From Hyphomicrobiales bacterium (GTDB taxonomy: Bacteria; Pseudomonadota; Alphaproteobacteria; Rhizobiales; Aestuariivirgaceae): a stretch of 64,000 nt of DNA. The notes under the pieces were generated by a model. The model saw only the letters and a program-made list of their open reading frames with translations, was not told the origin of the DNA and ran no database searches. Location: NCBI GenBank assembly GCA_031416755.1, contig JANOUE010000023.1, positions 34,972-98,971 of the forward strand, read 5' to 3'. The position numbers and the translations under genes were made by a program. This document shows positions 20,277 to 30,778 of this stretch, one piece after another; the first letter of the stretch is position 1, and every line of letters starts with the position of its first letter.

Positions 20277-20897
20277 ATGAGTGGACGTTTGGTGCTGGTT
20301 CGTCATGGCCAGAGCGAGTGGAATTTGAAAAATCTATTCACCGGTTGGAAAGATCCAGATCTCAGCGCGCAAGGTGTTTCAGAAGCAAAAGCTGCAGGCC
20401 AACGCTTGAAGGCTAAAGGTTTGAAGTTCGACATGTGCTTCACATCAGCGCTCACGCGTGCGCAGCACACATTGCAATTGATCCTCGCTGAGCTTGGCCA
20501 GACCGGACTTGCCGAAACCCGTGATCAAGCCTTAAATGAACGCGACTATGGCGAACTCACTGGCCTCAACAAAGATGATGCACGCGCTAAATGGGGTGAA
20601 GAGCAGGTGCTGATTTGGCGGCGTTCATTCGACGTGCCGCCCCCCGGTGGTGAATCACTCAAAGATACTTTGGCAAGGTCGCTGCCCTATTACATGCATA
20701 TGATTCAGCCGCATGTGTTGGAAGGCAAAACCGTTCTGGTTGCAGCCCACGGCAATTCGCTACGTTCTCTCATCATGGCAATTGAAGGCCTGACGCCTGC
20801 GCAAATTTTGCAGCGTGAATTGGATACAGGTGTTCCAGTCTATTACAAACTGAAGGCCAATTCGCGACCTGAAAGCGTTGAAACATTGAGTGCGTAA
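20277..20897 (+). CDS. gpmA: 2,3-bisphosphoglycerate-dependent phosphoglycerate mutase
   Basis: [23 protein letters not shown] and AAHGNSLR motifs. Confidence 0.96.
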   Translation: MSGRLVLVRHGQSEWNLKNLFTGWKDPDLSAQGVSEAKAAGQRLKAKGLKFDMCFTSALTRAQHTLQLILAELGQTGLAETRDQALNERDYGELTGLNKDDARAKWGEEQVLIWRRSFDVPPPGGESLKDTLARSLPYYMHMIQPHVLEGKTVLVAAHGNSLRSLIMAIEGLTPAQILQRELDTGVPVYYKLKANSRPESVETLSA

Positions 20898-21406
20898 TGA
20901 TTAGAATTCTTGGTGCCGCAGAATTTGAAAGCATCATTCCACGGCTTGCTGAGATTCTGATTGATGCTGTTGATTCTGGTGCCGGGGTTTCCTTTATGAA
21001 ACCCCTTTTACCTGATGTGGCGCAAGATTTTTGGCGCGGGCATATTTCTGGCATTGCTGCTCACGTCACATTCCCTATTGTTGCTGAACTTGACGGTGCA
21101 GTAGCCGGAATTGTTTTATTGATGCGGGCCTGGGCGCCCAATCAACCCCACAGATCCGATGTCGCCAAACTTTTGGTGCACCGTGATTTCAGAAGGCGCG
21201 GTGTCGCCACCGCTTTAATGCAATCGTTGGAAGCTAAAGCAATAAACCTTGGTCAAAGCCTTTTAACTTTCGATGCCGTGGCCAACAGTGCCGCTTCGTC
21301 ATTTTATGAAAAGCTTGGATATATCTGCGTGGGCAACTATCCCAACTACGCCTATTCGGGCGACGGCACATTGGACGACACCGCCTTGTTTTATAAAAAC
21401 ATTTGA
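20897..21406 (+). CDS. GNAT-family N-acetyltransferase
   Basis: GAGVSF, PNQPHR.DVAKLLVH...RRRG.A and FYEKLGY motifs. Confidence 0.85.
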   Translation: MIRILGAAEFESIIPRLAEILIDAVDSGAGVSFMKPLLPDVAQDFWRGHISGIAAHVTFPIVAELDGAVAGIVLLMRAWAPNQPHRSDVAKLLVHRDFRRRGVATALMQSLEAKAINLGQSLLTFDAVANSAASSFYEKLGYICVGNYPNYAYSGDGTLDDTALFYKNI

Positions 21407-21410
21407 AGCG

Positions 21411-23525
21411 TCAATTCTTGCCAAACAGAAAATCGAAAAGATATTTTTTCTTTTTCTTGACCGGCGGAGGTGGGGCCTCCTCTATAGCAACTTCTTCATC
21501 TTGCGCCGGAGATTCTGCTTGCGAAACGACAATCGGTTGTTCGATTTCAACTTGTGCGACAACTGGTTCCACATAACCCGGCAGTGGTGAAGGAATGAAG
21601 CCCTTATGGGCTGGCTCCATCACATCGCGCCATACTTGCGTGGGCAGCGAGCCGCCGGTTAGATTCTTAGTCGGGCTATTGTTGTCGTTGCCCATCCAAA
21701 CACCGGTTACCATATAGGGAGTGAAACCAACAAACCATGCATCGCGGTAGTCTTGGCTGGTGCCAGTTTTTCCGCCAATATCAAAATCGCCAAATTGGGC
21801 TTTGGTGGCAGTGCCTTGCCGCACCACAGCTCTGAACAATTGGTTCATTTCACCCAATTCGCGGTCCGCTACAACTTGCCCTAAGCCATCACCGCCGCGT
21901 TCATAGAGCACTTGGCCATCACGCGTTGTGATACGCCGCACCACATAGGGCTGCACCGACCTTCCGCCATTGGCAAAGGGCACAAATGCTGCCGTGAGTT
22001 CAAGCGGGGTTACTTCGGAAGTCCCTAAGGCAATCGAAGCATCATGGCCCAGATTCGACAGGATGCCCAAACGTTCTGCGGTTATCGCAACATTATCTGG
22101 TCCCACCGCTTGAGCCAGTTTTGCAGCAACAGTATTGATCGACAGAGCGAAGGCATTTTCTAAAGTCACTGGACCTTGATATTTATTCTTGTAATTTTGC
22201 GGTGACCATCCCCCGATATTCACTGGTTCATCAATCACAATGGAATCGGGCCTATAACCTTCTTGAAAGGCTGTGAGATACACAAAGGGTTTGAACGCCG
22301 AGCCTGGCTGGCGCTTGGCTTTGGTCACGCGGTTATATTGGCTTTTCTTATAGGACCTTCCGCCCACCATGGCCGTCACAGCACCTGATGTATCAACTAC
22401 AACCACCGCTCCTTCACTCACCCCAAGCTTCTTGCCGCTTTCTTGCAGGCGCTTGCGCAAAGATTTTTCGGCATTGGCTTGAATGATGGGATCAATGGTT
22501 GTTTCAATCACGATCGATTGTTCATAGTTTTTGACCAGCAGTGGCAACTGTTCTGCAATCCAATCAACGGCATATTGTTTGGCTGGAATATAGTTCGATG
22601 AGACTAAGCTTGAAGGAGCCAATATTGAAGCTTGACCGTCTTCAGCAGAGATGAAATCCTCACGCACCATGGCATTTATAACAAGTGAAGCCCGTGTGGC
22701 GGAAGCCTCTGGATGATTGGTGGGATTATAAGTGGTTGGGGCTTTTAACATGCCAGCCAAAGTGGCCGCTTCCATAATCGAAATTTCAGCAGCAGGTTTA
22801 TTGAAGAGCACATGTGCGGCTTGCTCAATGCCAATGGCATTTGGGGCGAAGTATACGCGGTTGAGGTAGAGCTGTAAAATTTCATCTTTGGTGAATTTGG
22901 ATTCCAGCCAAATCGCAAGAACCGCTTCTTGTGCTTTGCGCGTTACGGTTTTTTCAGGCGACAGAAACAGATTCTTGGCCAATTGCTGCGTGAGCGTTGA
23001 TCCGCCTTGCACCATTCTTCCGGCTAAAACATTGCGCAGCATTGCTCGGCTCAAGCCCAGCGGATCGATACCATAATGGCTGCGAAAGCGATGATCTTCA
23101 ATTGCAATCACGGCATTGGGCACATAATCTGGAAGTTCGCTGATGCGCGCTGTGTCGCCAAAAAATGCGCCTTGCTCGGATAGCACTGTACCGTCGGACG
23201 CTAACATCATGATGCCGGGTTGGCGTTCTGGAATTTGTAAAAGACCGCGCGCATCCAAACTGAACCAGATATAGGCAAAGGCCAGGCCAGCAGTCACTGC
23301 CCCCCAAAAACTTAAAACAAAGAAAAAGCTTATGAGACGCCCTAGTAGGGACCGTTTACGTTTAGTCCGCTTTGCCTCTGGCACGCGGCCACGATAATCA
23401 TCTGCAAATAGCTGCGGCTCTTTTCGGGCGTTTTGCCTGTTGTTTTTGCTCGTCCTAACCAGTCCCATAACCCCGCGCCCCCGCACTTCCGCATTATCAA
23501 GTCCGCGGTTGGCGATCGTTAGCAC
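21411..23525 (-). CDS. Class A penicillin-binding protein (PBP1A family); start uncertain
   Basis: Transglycosylase motifs EDHRF..H.G, QGGST.TQQLAKN, RK.QE and LYLN; transpeptidase motifs S..K (GSAFK), S.N (SINT) and KTGT. Confidence 0.93.
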   Translation of the reverse strand: MLTIANRGLDNAEVRGRGVMGLVRTSKNNRQNARKEPQLFADDYRGRVPEAKRTKRKRSLLGRLISFFFVLSFWGAVTAGLAFAYIWFSLDARGLLQIPERQPGIMMLASDGTVLSEQGAFFGDTARISELPDYVPNAVIAIEDHRFRSHYGIDPLGLSRAMLRNVLAGRMVQGGSTLTQQLAKNLFLSPEKTVTRKAQEAVLAIWLESKFTKDEILQLYLNRVYFAPNAIGIEQAAHVLFNKPAAEISIMEAATLAGMLKAPTTYNPTNHPEASATRASLVINAMVREDFISAEDGQASILAPSSLVSSNYIPAKQYAVDWIAEQLPLLVKNYEQSIVIETTIDPIIQANAEKSLRKRLQESGKKLGVSEGAVVVVDTSGAVTAMVGGRSYKKSQYNRVTKAKRQPGSAFKPFVYLTAFQEGYRPDSIVIDEPVNIGGWSPQNYKNKYQGPVTLENAFALSINTVAAKLAQAVGPDNVAITAERLGILSNLGHDASIALGTSEVTPLELTAAFVPFANGGRSVQPYVVRRITTRDGQVLYERGGDGLGQVVADRELGEMNQLFRAVVRQGTATKAQFGDFDIGGKTGTSQDYRDAWFVGFTPYMVTGVWMGNDNNSPTKNLTGGSLPTQVWRDVMEPAHKGFIPSPLPGYVEPVVAQVEIEQPIVVSQAESPAQDEEVAIEEAPPPPVKKKKKYLFDFLFGKN

Positions 23526-23611
23526 TCAATCTCTTGACCAAAGATGAATGGTCAAACTTAAGCTTCTGGGTTTTCGGGTTTAAACATGGTGCAATAATGG
23601 CAACAGCGTGA

Positions 23612-25150
23612 TCACATCACGGCGCCCACATACCACGGCACATATTCATTATCGCCATAGCCCAATTCTTCGGATTTGGTTTTCTCGCCCGAAGCGGCGC
23701 GCAAAATGAGATCAAAGATTTCTTGGCCCTTGGCTTCCAGTGAAACACCTTCGATTATGTCTCCACAATTGATATCCATGTCATCAATCATGCGCTCATA
23801 GATCTGGGTGTTGGTCGCAAGCTTGATGGAAGGGCAGGGCTTGTTGCCATAAGCCGACCCACGGCCCGTGGTAAAGCACATCAAATTTGCTCCACCTGCC
23901 ACTTGGCCCGTGGCTGATACCGGATCATAGCCCGGCGTATCCATGAATACAAAACCCTTGGCCGTTACTGGCTCAGCATAGCGATAAACCGCCGTCATCG
24001 GTGTGGTGCCACCTTTTGCGGCAGCACCCAAAGATTTTTCCAGAATAGTGGTAAGCCCGCCCAGCTTATTGCCGGGCGATGGGTTATTGTTCATCTCCAT
24101 ATTATTGCGGGTTGTGTAATCTTCCCACCACTTGATAATCTCAACCAGCTTCTCGCCCACTTCGGGGGTTATGGCACGGCGGGTTAGCAAATGTTCAGCG
24201 CCATAGATTTCAGGCGTTTCTGAAAGAATAGCGGTGCCGCCGTGGCGCACCAGAATATCAACAGCAGCGCCCAAAGCCGGGTTTGCGGTGATGCCGGAAT
24301 AGCCATCAGAGCCACCGCATTGCAGCGCTAAAATGAGCTCGGAAGCGGAACAAGTTTCACGCTTTTGTGCATTTACAGCTGGCAGCATGGCTTTAACAGC
24401 TGCAACTCCGGCAGCCACAGTTTTGCGGGTACCTCCGGTTTCTTGAATGGTCATGGTGCGGAAAGTTTCGCCTTCCTCCACACCATAAGCTTGTTTGAAG
24501 CGCGGAATTTGAAAGCCTTCGCAACCAAGCCCCACCATCATCACGCCGCCCATATTTGGGTTGGTGGCATAGCCCCATGCGGTGCGTTTAAAAATGTCAA
24601 AAATCACGCCGCGATAATCAATTACGCAGCCATTATCTTGGGTGAGAGCCACCACACCATCAATGTTGGGATAATCTTTAAGAATGCCAGAGCGGTTGAT
24701 TTCTTGGGCAATGAAAGTTGCAACTGTGGCCGAGCAATTCACCGAGGTCATAATGCCAATATAATTGCGCGTGCCAACTTTGCCATTTTTGCGCCTAAAC
24801 CCTTGGAACGTAGCGCGGTCTTTTTCTGGCAACATTTCGACAGGCATCACACCTTGGGAAAAGGCATAGTCATGCGAAAGCTCGCCCATCTCCACATTGT
24901 GCTCATGCACCCAATCACCGGCAGAGATTTCCGAACTGGCAAAACCGATAATTTGACCAAATTTGCGGATGGGAGTTCCTTTGGCAATCGCAGTCGCAGC
25001 CATTTTGTGGCCGCGCATGATCCGAGCAGTGGCTGTCACACCCTCCGCCGGCGTCTCACCTTTTTCCACAATGCGGGTGCTGACCAGTACATTATCATTG
25101 GAATTTAAGCGCAACATTGCGGGTGCTTGCATGATCTGGATTCTCGCCAT
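23612..25150 (-). CDS. UxaA/GarD family sugar-acid dehydratase with N-terminal SAF domain
   Basis: GHK.A...I..G..IRKFG, VGTRNY, GLGCE, QCGGSDG.SG..ANP, SETPEI.GAE, NPSPGNK.GG.TT and FTTGRGS motifs. Start is 25150 or 25132. Confidence 0.9.
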   Translation of the reverse strand: MARIQIMQAPAMLRLNSNDNVLVSTRIVEKGETPAEGVTATARIMRGHKMAATAIAKGTPIRKFGQIIGFASSEISAGDWVHEHNVEMGELSHDYAFSQGVMPVEMLPEKDRATFQGFRRKNGKVGTRNYIGIMTSVNCSATVATFIAQEINRSGILKDYPNIDGVVALTQDNGCVIDYRGVIFDIFKRTAWGYATNPNMGGVMMVGLGCEGFQIPRFKQAYGVEEGETFRTMTIQETGGTRKTVAAGVAAVKAMLPAVNAQKRETCSASELILALQCGGSDGYSGITANPALGAAVDILVRHGGTAILSETPEIYGAEHLLTRRAITPEVGEKLVEIIKWWEDYTTRNNMEMNNNPSPGNKLGGLTTILEKSLGAAAKGGTTPMTAVYRYAEPVTAKGFVFMDTPGYDPVSATGQVAGGANLMCFTTGRGSAYGNKPCPSIKLATNTQIYERMIDDMDINCGDIIEGVSLEAKGQEIFDLILRAASGEKTKSEELGYGDNEYVPWYVGAVM

Positions 25151-25172
25151 TAAACTGTTATAACAGTTTAAT
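25149..25172. promoter_or_regulatory. Perfect 24-bp palindrome, putative operator between divergent sugar-acid genes
   Basis: ATTAAACTGTTATAACAGTTTAAT is its own reverse complement. Confidence 0.7.
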
Positions 25173-25216
25173 AGGCGCAACTTGCGGCGACAACAACAAT
25201 CTTGAGGCACCAAAAA

Positions 25217-26242
25217 ATGAAAAACCGTCTCTTCAAGGCCCCGTCCGGAGCCAGCATCTCATTTACAGAATTGGGCTTTGGTGCAGCACCTCTAGGAAAT
25301 CTTTATCATCCCGTAACTGAAGCCGTTGCCCAAGCCACTTTGAATGCGGCATGGGCACAAGGGGTTCGCTATTATGATACATCCCCACTCTATGGTTTGG
25401 GACTTTCTGAAACCAGGCTCAATCATTTCTTGCGTGATAAGCAGCGCTCCTCTTATGTTCTCTCCACCAAAATTGGCCGCTTACTTGAAGTGTGCCCACC
25501 TGATCAACGCACCGGCATTGGAAAATTTTTTAACACGCCAAACCGCCGCGAGGTTTTTGATTATAGCTATGATGGCGTGATGCGGTCATTAGAATTTTCG
25601 CTTGAACGACTTGGCATTGATCACATTGATATTGTTTATGCCCATGATTGTGATGTGTTTACCCATGGTTCAGAAGCAACGCGTGATGAGCATGTGAAAA
25701 CGTTTATGGCTGGGGGTTACCGAGCGCTGGTTAAACTCCGTGAGCAAAACGTGATCAAAGCTTTTGGCGCCGGTGTGAATGAGTGGCAGGTGTGCGAAAC
25801 ATTGGCCAAGCAAGGCGAGTTTGATTTGTTCCTGCTGGCCGGGCGCTACACGTTGCTAGAGCAAGAAGCACTCAATTCCTTCCTGCCCCTATGTCAGGCG
25901 CGCGGCATCGGTATTGTGCTGGGTGGGCCATATAATTCCGGTATTCTCGCCACCGGCCCCAAGAAGGGCGCCTTCTATAATTATGATGCGGCCCCCAAAG
26001 CGATCTTGGAACGCGTCGGGAAAATTGAAGCCATTTGCAAATCGCATAAGGTTAAACTGGCTGAAGCCGCTTTACGGTTTCCGCTGCTGCACCCATCTGT
26101 TGTTTCGGTGATTCCAGGGGCTGCTAGCCCACAACACGTGGCACTTAATGTGAAAACACTCAAAGCCAAATTACCAAAAGCCTTGTGGAAGGCTTTGAAA
26201 ATTGCCGGACTGATGGATGAAAGGGCCATCACGTCAAAATGA
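25217..26242 (+). CDS. Aldo/keto reductase (D-threo-aldose/L-fucose 1-dehydrogenase-like)
   Basis: LGFG.APLGNLY, DTSPLYGLGLSE, FDYSYDG..RS.E.SL.RLG, LLAGRYTLLEQ and GG.YNSGIL motifs. Confidence 0.85.
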   Translation: MKNRLFKAPSGASISFTELGFGAAPLGNLYHPVTEAVAQATLNAAWAQGVRYYDTSPLYGLGLSETRLNHFLRDKQRSSYVLSTKIGRLLEVCPPDQRTGIGKFFNTPNRREVFDYSYDGVMRSLEFSLERLGIDHIDIVYAHDCDVFTHGSEATRDEHVKTFMAGGYRALVKLREQNVIKAFGAGVNEWQVCETLAKQGEFDLFLLAGRYTLLEQEALNSFLPLCQARGIGIVLGGPYNSGILATGPKKGAFYNYDAAPKAILERVGKIEAICKSHKVKLAEAALRFPLLHPSVVSVIPGAASPQHVALNVKTLKAKLPKALWKALKIAGLMDERAITSK

Positions 26243-27060
26243 AAATTGATTCTCATCACCACTTCTGGTCGCCTGCCCGCGGTGATTATGGCTGGATGAG
26301 TGGCAGCGGATTAGAGCACTTGCGCAAACCCTTCCTGCCGCCTGATTTAGAGCCACACTTAAAAATGTTTGGCATCGACCGCACTGTGCTCGTGCAAGCC
26401 GCGCCCACCGTGAATGAAACAGAATATTTGTTGGGCGTGGCAGATGCCACTGACTTTGTTGGAAAGGTTGTAGGGTGGATAGATTTTGAAAATCACGATG
26501 ATCTGAAACATTTGCAGCGCCTTGCCAATCATTCAAAGTTTTCCGGCGTTAGACCAATGATCCAAGATTTACCTGATACAAACTGGATGCACCGCAAAGA
26601 TGTAGCGTGGGCATTCGATGCAATCATTGATCTTGATCTCACATTTGATGCCTTGGGTTTTCCCGTCCACATTGAGCCTTTCCAGCGCCTTTTTGACCGT
26701 TATCCAACCATGAGAACTGTCATTGATCACGGCATGAAGCCGCGCATTGGGGAAGCAGAATTTACTGATTGGGCGACGGGAATGCACCAGCTGGCCGAAA
26801 CTACACCTGCCTTTTGCAAGCTTTCCGGCCTCGCCACGGAAGCCAACCCTGGCTGGTCGGTTGCGAATTTAGCTGCCTATGCCCGCCACATTATCAAGAG
26901 CTTTGGTGCGTCGCGAGTGATGTGGGGCTCTGATTGGCCTGTGCTGGAAATGAACGGCTCATATCCCTCATGGCATAATGCTGCCCAGCTTTGCGTGGAA
27001 AATGCCGAAAAAGATTACGTTTTTGGCAGAACCGCTGGCGAATTTTATCGAATTAAATGA
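26239..27060 (+). CDS. Amidohydrolase-family lactonase (L-fucono-1,5-lactonase-like)
   Basis: IDSHHHFW, VLVQAA, GVRPMIQ, VIDH..KP, CKLSGL.TEA and MWGSDWPV motifs. Confidence 0.85.
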   Translation: MKIDSHHHFWSPARGDYGWMSGSGLEHLRKPFLPPDLEPHLKMFGIDRTVLVQAAPTVNETEYLLGVADATDFVGKVVGWIDFENHDDLKHLQRLANHSKFSGVRPMIQDLPDTNWMHRKDVAWAFDAIIDLDLTFDALGFPVHIEPFQRLFDRYPTMRTVIDHGMKPRIGEAEFTDWATGMHQLAETTPAFCKLSGLATEANPGWSVANLAAYARHIIKSFGASRVMWGSDWPVLEMNGSYPSWHNAAQLCVENAEKDYVFGRTAGEFYRIK

Positions 27061-27101
27061 TGTTAAAAGCTCAAAAAATAAGGTGCGAACACATTAATCA
27101 T

Positions 27102-27125
27102 TGATGTAAATACATCTTTACATCA
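27102..27125. promoter_or_regulatory. Inverted repeat upstream of pckA containing an exact TyrR-type box
   Basis: TGATGTAAA-TACATC-TTTACATCA: 9-bp perfect arms whose core is TGTAAA-N6-TTTACA. Confidence 0.6.
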
Positions 27126-27170
27126 TTTTATTTCTCGGCCAAGTTGCCCTCAACATCTGAGGAGACAAGC

Positions 27171-28769
27171 ATGACAGCCCTTGCAGAAACATCACCACAA
27201 GCCGCATTGATCCGTGCGCAACTGGCCAAGCTTGGCTTGCGTTGGCTTGGCAGCCTTTCCTGCAATGAAAGCGCAGCCAGCCTCTATCAAGCTGCTCTTG
27301 CCAATGGCGAAGCTAAAGCTTCAGCCACCGGCGCTTTGGTCACCGAAACCGGAGTCCATACTGGCCGCAGCCCAAAGGATAAGTTCATAGTTCTGGATGA
27401 CAATTCTGCTGGCACGGTATGGTGGGACAATAATCAGCCTTTGAGTCCGCGGCATTTTGAAATACTCAAAGCCGACATGATGGTGCATGCGCGCTTGAAA
27501 AATCTTTATGTGCAAGACTTAGTGGCCTGCGCAGATGAAGCCCACGCCCTGCCAACCCGGGTGATCACCGAGTTTGCTTGGCATGCTCTGTTCATCCGCC
27601 AATTGTTAAAGCCCGCAAATCTGGCAGAGGCCTTCACGCCGAAACTCACCATTCTCAATTTGCCCAGCTTCAAAGCAGACCCGGCCCGCCACGGCACGGC
27701 GAGTGAGACGGTTATTGCCTTTGACCTGAGCAATAATTTGATCTTGATCGGCGGCACCGCCTATGCTGGTGAAATTAAAAAGGCAGTTTTTACAGTTCTC
27801 AATTATCTGCTTCCTGCTGCAGGCGTATTGCCGATGCACTGCTCGGCCAATGTCGGCGAAGCTTCCGATACAGCAATTTTCTTTGGCCTTTCTGGCACTG
27901 GCAAAACGACTTTGTCTGCTGACCCCTCACGCGCTCTCATCGGTGATGACGAACATGGTTGGGGTGAAAATGGTGTGTTCAATATTGAGAATGGCTGTTA
28001 CGCAAAAGTGATAAATCTTTCTGCCAAAGCTGAACCAGAAATCTACAAAGCGGCACTCGCCTTTGCCACCGTCCTTGAGAATGTGGTGATCGATGATGCG
28101 ACTCGCAGCATTGATTTCAATAATGCAATGCTGACTGAAAATACACGCGCAGCCTACAATCTGGATGCAATTGCCAATGCCAGCAGCACTCGCCAAGCTT
28201 CCGCACCAAAAACTATCATTATGCTGACTGCAGATGCATTCGGCGTGTTGCCACCCATTGCGAAACTAAATACCGAGCAAGCCTTGCAACAATTTCTGGC
28301 GGGCTACACCGCAAAATTGGCCGGAACCGAGTGCGGTGTTAAATCTCCTGAAACCACATTCTCGGCCTGCTTTGGCGCACCATTTCTGCCGCGCCATCCA
28401 CATGTCTATGCGGACCTCTTGCGCAACCTTATCACCAAGCATGGCACGCGTTGCTTTCTCGTCAACACGGGTTGGACCGGAGGAGCCTATGGCACTGGCA
28501 CACGCTTGCCTTTGGCTGTGACGCGCCGGTTGTTGCAGGCAGCCTTATGTGGAGAACTTGATAATGCTGAGATGCGCACCGACAGTAATTTTGATGTGAT
28601 GGTGCCTATCCATATTGACGGCGTAGATGATGCAACTTTGAACCCGCGCCTGACATGGGCTGATCCAGTTGCTTATGATCGCAGCGCAAGCAATCTGGTG
28701 GCGAGTTATGCTAAAGCGCTCGGCCGCTTTCATATGGCAAAGCCAGCGCAAACCTTGGCAGCCGAATGA
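27171..28769 (+). CDS. pckA: Phosphoenolpyruvate carboxykinase (ATP)
   Basis: [52 protein letters not shown] and FSACFGAPF motifs. RBS GAGGAG. Confidence 0.95.
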   Translation: MTALAETSPQAALIRAQLAKLGLRWLGSLSCNESAASLYQAALANGEAKASATGALVTETGVHTGRSPKDKFIVLDDNSAGTVWWDNNQPLSPRHFEILKADMMVHARLKNLYVQDLVACADEAHALPTRVITEFAWHALFIRQLLKPANLAEAFTPKLTILNLPSFKADPARHGTASETVIAFDLSNNLILIGGTAYAGEIKKAVFTVLNYLLPAAGVLPMHCSANVGEASDTAIFFGLSGTGKTTLSADPSRALIGDDEHGWGENGVFNIENGCYAKVINLSAKAEPEIYKAALAFATVLENVVIDDATRSIDFNNAMLTENTRAAYNLDAIANASSTRQASAPKTIIMLTADAFGVLPPIAKLNTEQALQQFLAGYTAKLAGTECGVKSPETTFSACFGAPFLPRHPHVYADLLRNLITKHGTRCFLVNTGWTGGAYGTGTRLPLAVTRRLLQAALCGELDNAEMRTDSNFDVMVPIHIDGVDDATLNPRLTWADPVAYDRSASNLVASYAKALGRFHMAKPAQTLAAE

Positions 28770-28770
28770 G

Positions 28771-29895
28771 TTAGCGGATTTTGAAGCTCGCCCGGTAAAA
28801 ACGCCATACTGCAATGAAACTGATAATGATAAATGGTGGCCACATGACAAGCCAGGGCGAGGTGCCGGAAATTGTAGCGGCCACCGCTGTTTGTTCAATG
28901 ACCGCAATCATGCAGACAAGCACCAGAACGGCAAGGCCAATACGGTAAGCATCGCCGCGTCTGGCCCGAGACAAAGCAAATGGCAAAGCCACTAACGCAA
29001 AAAGTGGGATTGCCAGAATTTTCATGATGCGGTTGTGTAACTCTGAAACCATTTTTGAAACTGGCGTATTTTCAGGTGGTTGGTTTTGTCGCCAAATCAA
29101 TTCCCACATATTGAGTTCGCGCTCATCTGAACCGCGTGGGCGAAATGCGCCCCCCACTATACTGTCCAGCGGCAAGTCTAAGCTCTCGGTTTGGACTAAA
29201 AGCGGAAGAGCAATTGCTGAGGCGCTGTCTGGATTTGGCGGCGCTTGCAGGCGCAACCGGTTACTGGCTAGCATGCGCAACACCGGACCACCAGTTTCAT
29301 CTGCCGCCAGCAAAACTCCAGCACTTGCAGTAAGTGTTTCACTGCCATCTTTGGCGTTATCGTCAAAAACAAAGAGCTTACGGAAACTATAATTTGATTG
29401 ATCGAGATGATCGACAATAAAAGTTCGCGTTCCGGACTTCATGAAGATGCCCTCTTGCGCTAACTCGTAGGCATCTACATTGGTCAGTGTATAAATTACA
29501 GACCTATAAGAATAGCGGCCATAGGGCTGTAACCAGCCAACCGCCACCAGATTGCACAGCATCAATACGAAAACCAGCATTAAGACAGGGCGAAAAAGCC
29601 GCAGTAAATTTATGCCTGCGGCCTGCAGTGCATCAATCTCATGCGATTTGGAGAATTTGTTAAAACCAAACAAGACACCCAAAAAAATTGCGATTGGTAC
29701 TGCGAGCCCTAAATAGTTTGGAACCAGATAAGCCAACATTTTGAATACAGCAGTGAATGAGTTCTTCTTACCCAATGTGAGATCGAGAAACCCCAACATT
29801 CTTTCGGCCAACAAAAGTGTTAGACTGATAATCAGCGTAGCGGCCATTGGCGTCAAAACCAAACGCAGTACATACCGATCTATGATTTTCAACAT
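28771..29895 (-). CDS. LptF/LptG (YjgP/YjgQ) family LPS export permease
   Basis: IIDRY.L, P..L.LA.P, E..AL.AAGI.L.RL..P, ELH.R and hydrophobic termini. Confidence 0.85.
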   Translation of the reverse strand: MLKIIDRYVLRLVLTPMAATLIISLTLLLAERMLGFLDLTLGKKNSFTAVFKMLAYLVPNYLGLAVPIAIFLGVLFGFNKFSKSHEIDALQAAGINLLRLFRPVLMLVFVLMLCNLVAVGWLQPYGRYSYRSVIYTLTNVDAYELAQEGIFMKSGTRTFIVDHLDQSNYSFRKLFVFDDNAKDGSETLTASAGVLLAADETGGPVLRMLASNRLRLQAPPNPDSASAIALPLLVQTESLDLPLDSIVGGAFRPRGSDERELNMWELIWRQNQPPENTPVSKMVSELHNRIMKILAIPLFALVALPFALSRARRGDAYRIGLAVLVLVCMIAVIEQTAVAATISGTSPWLVMWPPFIIISFIAVWRFYRASFKIR

Positions 29896-29989
29896 CAAGC
29901 TTGAACCTGCTTATCGTTAGTAAAACTCCCATAATCTGCAATTGCATGGAAAGCCATGATTTCATATAAGGGTGAAGATTGGGTCAGAA

Positions 29990-30778
29990 ATGAAAAAAAA
30001 CCATAAACATCGCATCCCGTGGATTGGCACCAGCTGGAAAATGAACAAAACCCGAGCTGAAGCTCGCGCATTTGCTGAGACTCTTAAAACCGCGAATGTT
30101 GTTGCTCATCCAAAGGTTCAACCCTTTATCATTCCGCCATTTCCTTATATTGCTGATGTAGCTGATATTCTCGCTGGCACTTCGGTAAAAATTGGCGCGC
30201 AAAATATGCATTGGATGGATCAGGGCGCTTGGACTGGTGAAGTCTCAGCCTTGATGCTGAGAGATTGCGGCGCCAGCATTGTTGAGATTGGGCACAGCGA
30301 GCGGCGCACATATTTTAATGAGACTGATGAAACCGTCGCCTTGAAAACCCGCGCCGCTTTGCACCATGGGCTGGTCGCTTTGGTGTGTATTGGCGATACC
30401 CGTGACGAGTTTGAGCAAGGGCGCACTGCCCAAGTTTTGGAAAAACAAGTGCACGCGTTACTCAAATATGTCAGTGCTGATGCCAAAGACAAGCTTGTCA
30501 TCGCTTACGAGCCGGTGTGGTCAATTGGTGAAGGTGGAACGCCAGCGTCGCCTGAATTTGCCAATGAGCAGCACATTAAAATTGCAAACCTGGTTGAAAA
30601 GATCACTGGTGCTGCTGTCCCTATTCTTTATGGTGGCAGCGTCAACGCACAAAATTGCGTAAGCTTGGCCGAGCAATCACATATTGATGGATTGTTCATC
30701 GGCCGAGCGGCATGGAATGCAGAAAGCTATATCAACATCATAAATTCAGTTCTTAAATCAAGCGGAGATCTCATATGA
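29990..30778 (+). CDS. eryH: Triose-phosphate isomerase paralog, EryH/TpiB type (L-erythrulose-1-phosphate isomerase)
   Basis: [11 protein letters not shown] (S in place of the TIM Asn, as in EryH), [27 protein letters not shown] and LFIGR; directly precedes an RpiB homolog. Confidence 0.75.
   Translation: MKKNHKHRIPWIGTSWKMNKTRAEARAFAETLKTANVVAHPKVQPFIIPPFPYIADVADILAGTSVKIGAQNMHWMDQGAWTGEVSALMLRDCGASIVEIGHSERRTYFNETDETVALKTRAALHHGLVALVCIGDTRDEFEQGRTAQVLEKQVHALLKYVSADAKDKLVIAYEPVWSIGEGGTPASPEFANEQHIKIANLVEKITGAAVPILYGGSVNAQNCVSLAEQSHIDGLFIGRAAWNAESYINIINSVLKSSGDLI

Noticed and set aside
23519-23545. TTAGCACTC, a perfect left half of the CIRCE (HrcA) operator
   Set aside because: The right half after N9 is ACCAAAGAT, not GAGTGCTAA, and the site lies at the PBP1A start rather than at a chaperone gene. 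No full CIRCE was seen near hrcA or grpE.
24365-25108. 247-aa + strand ORF
   Set aside because: Antisense shadow of the UxaA-family dehydratase; no RBS or motif.
29899-29933. CTTGAA...CCCATAA resembling an RpoH promoter before eryH
   Set aside because: The spacer is 22 nt, too long for RpoH.
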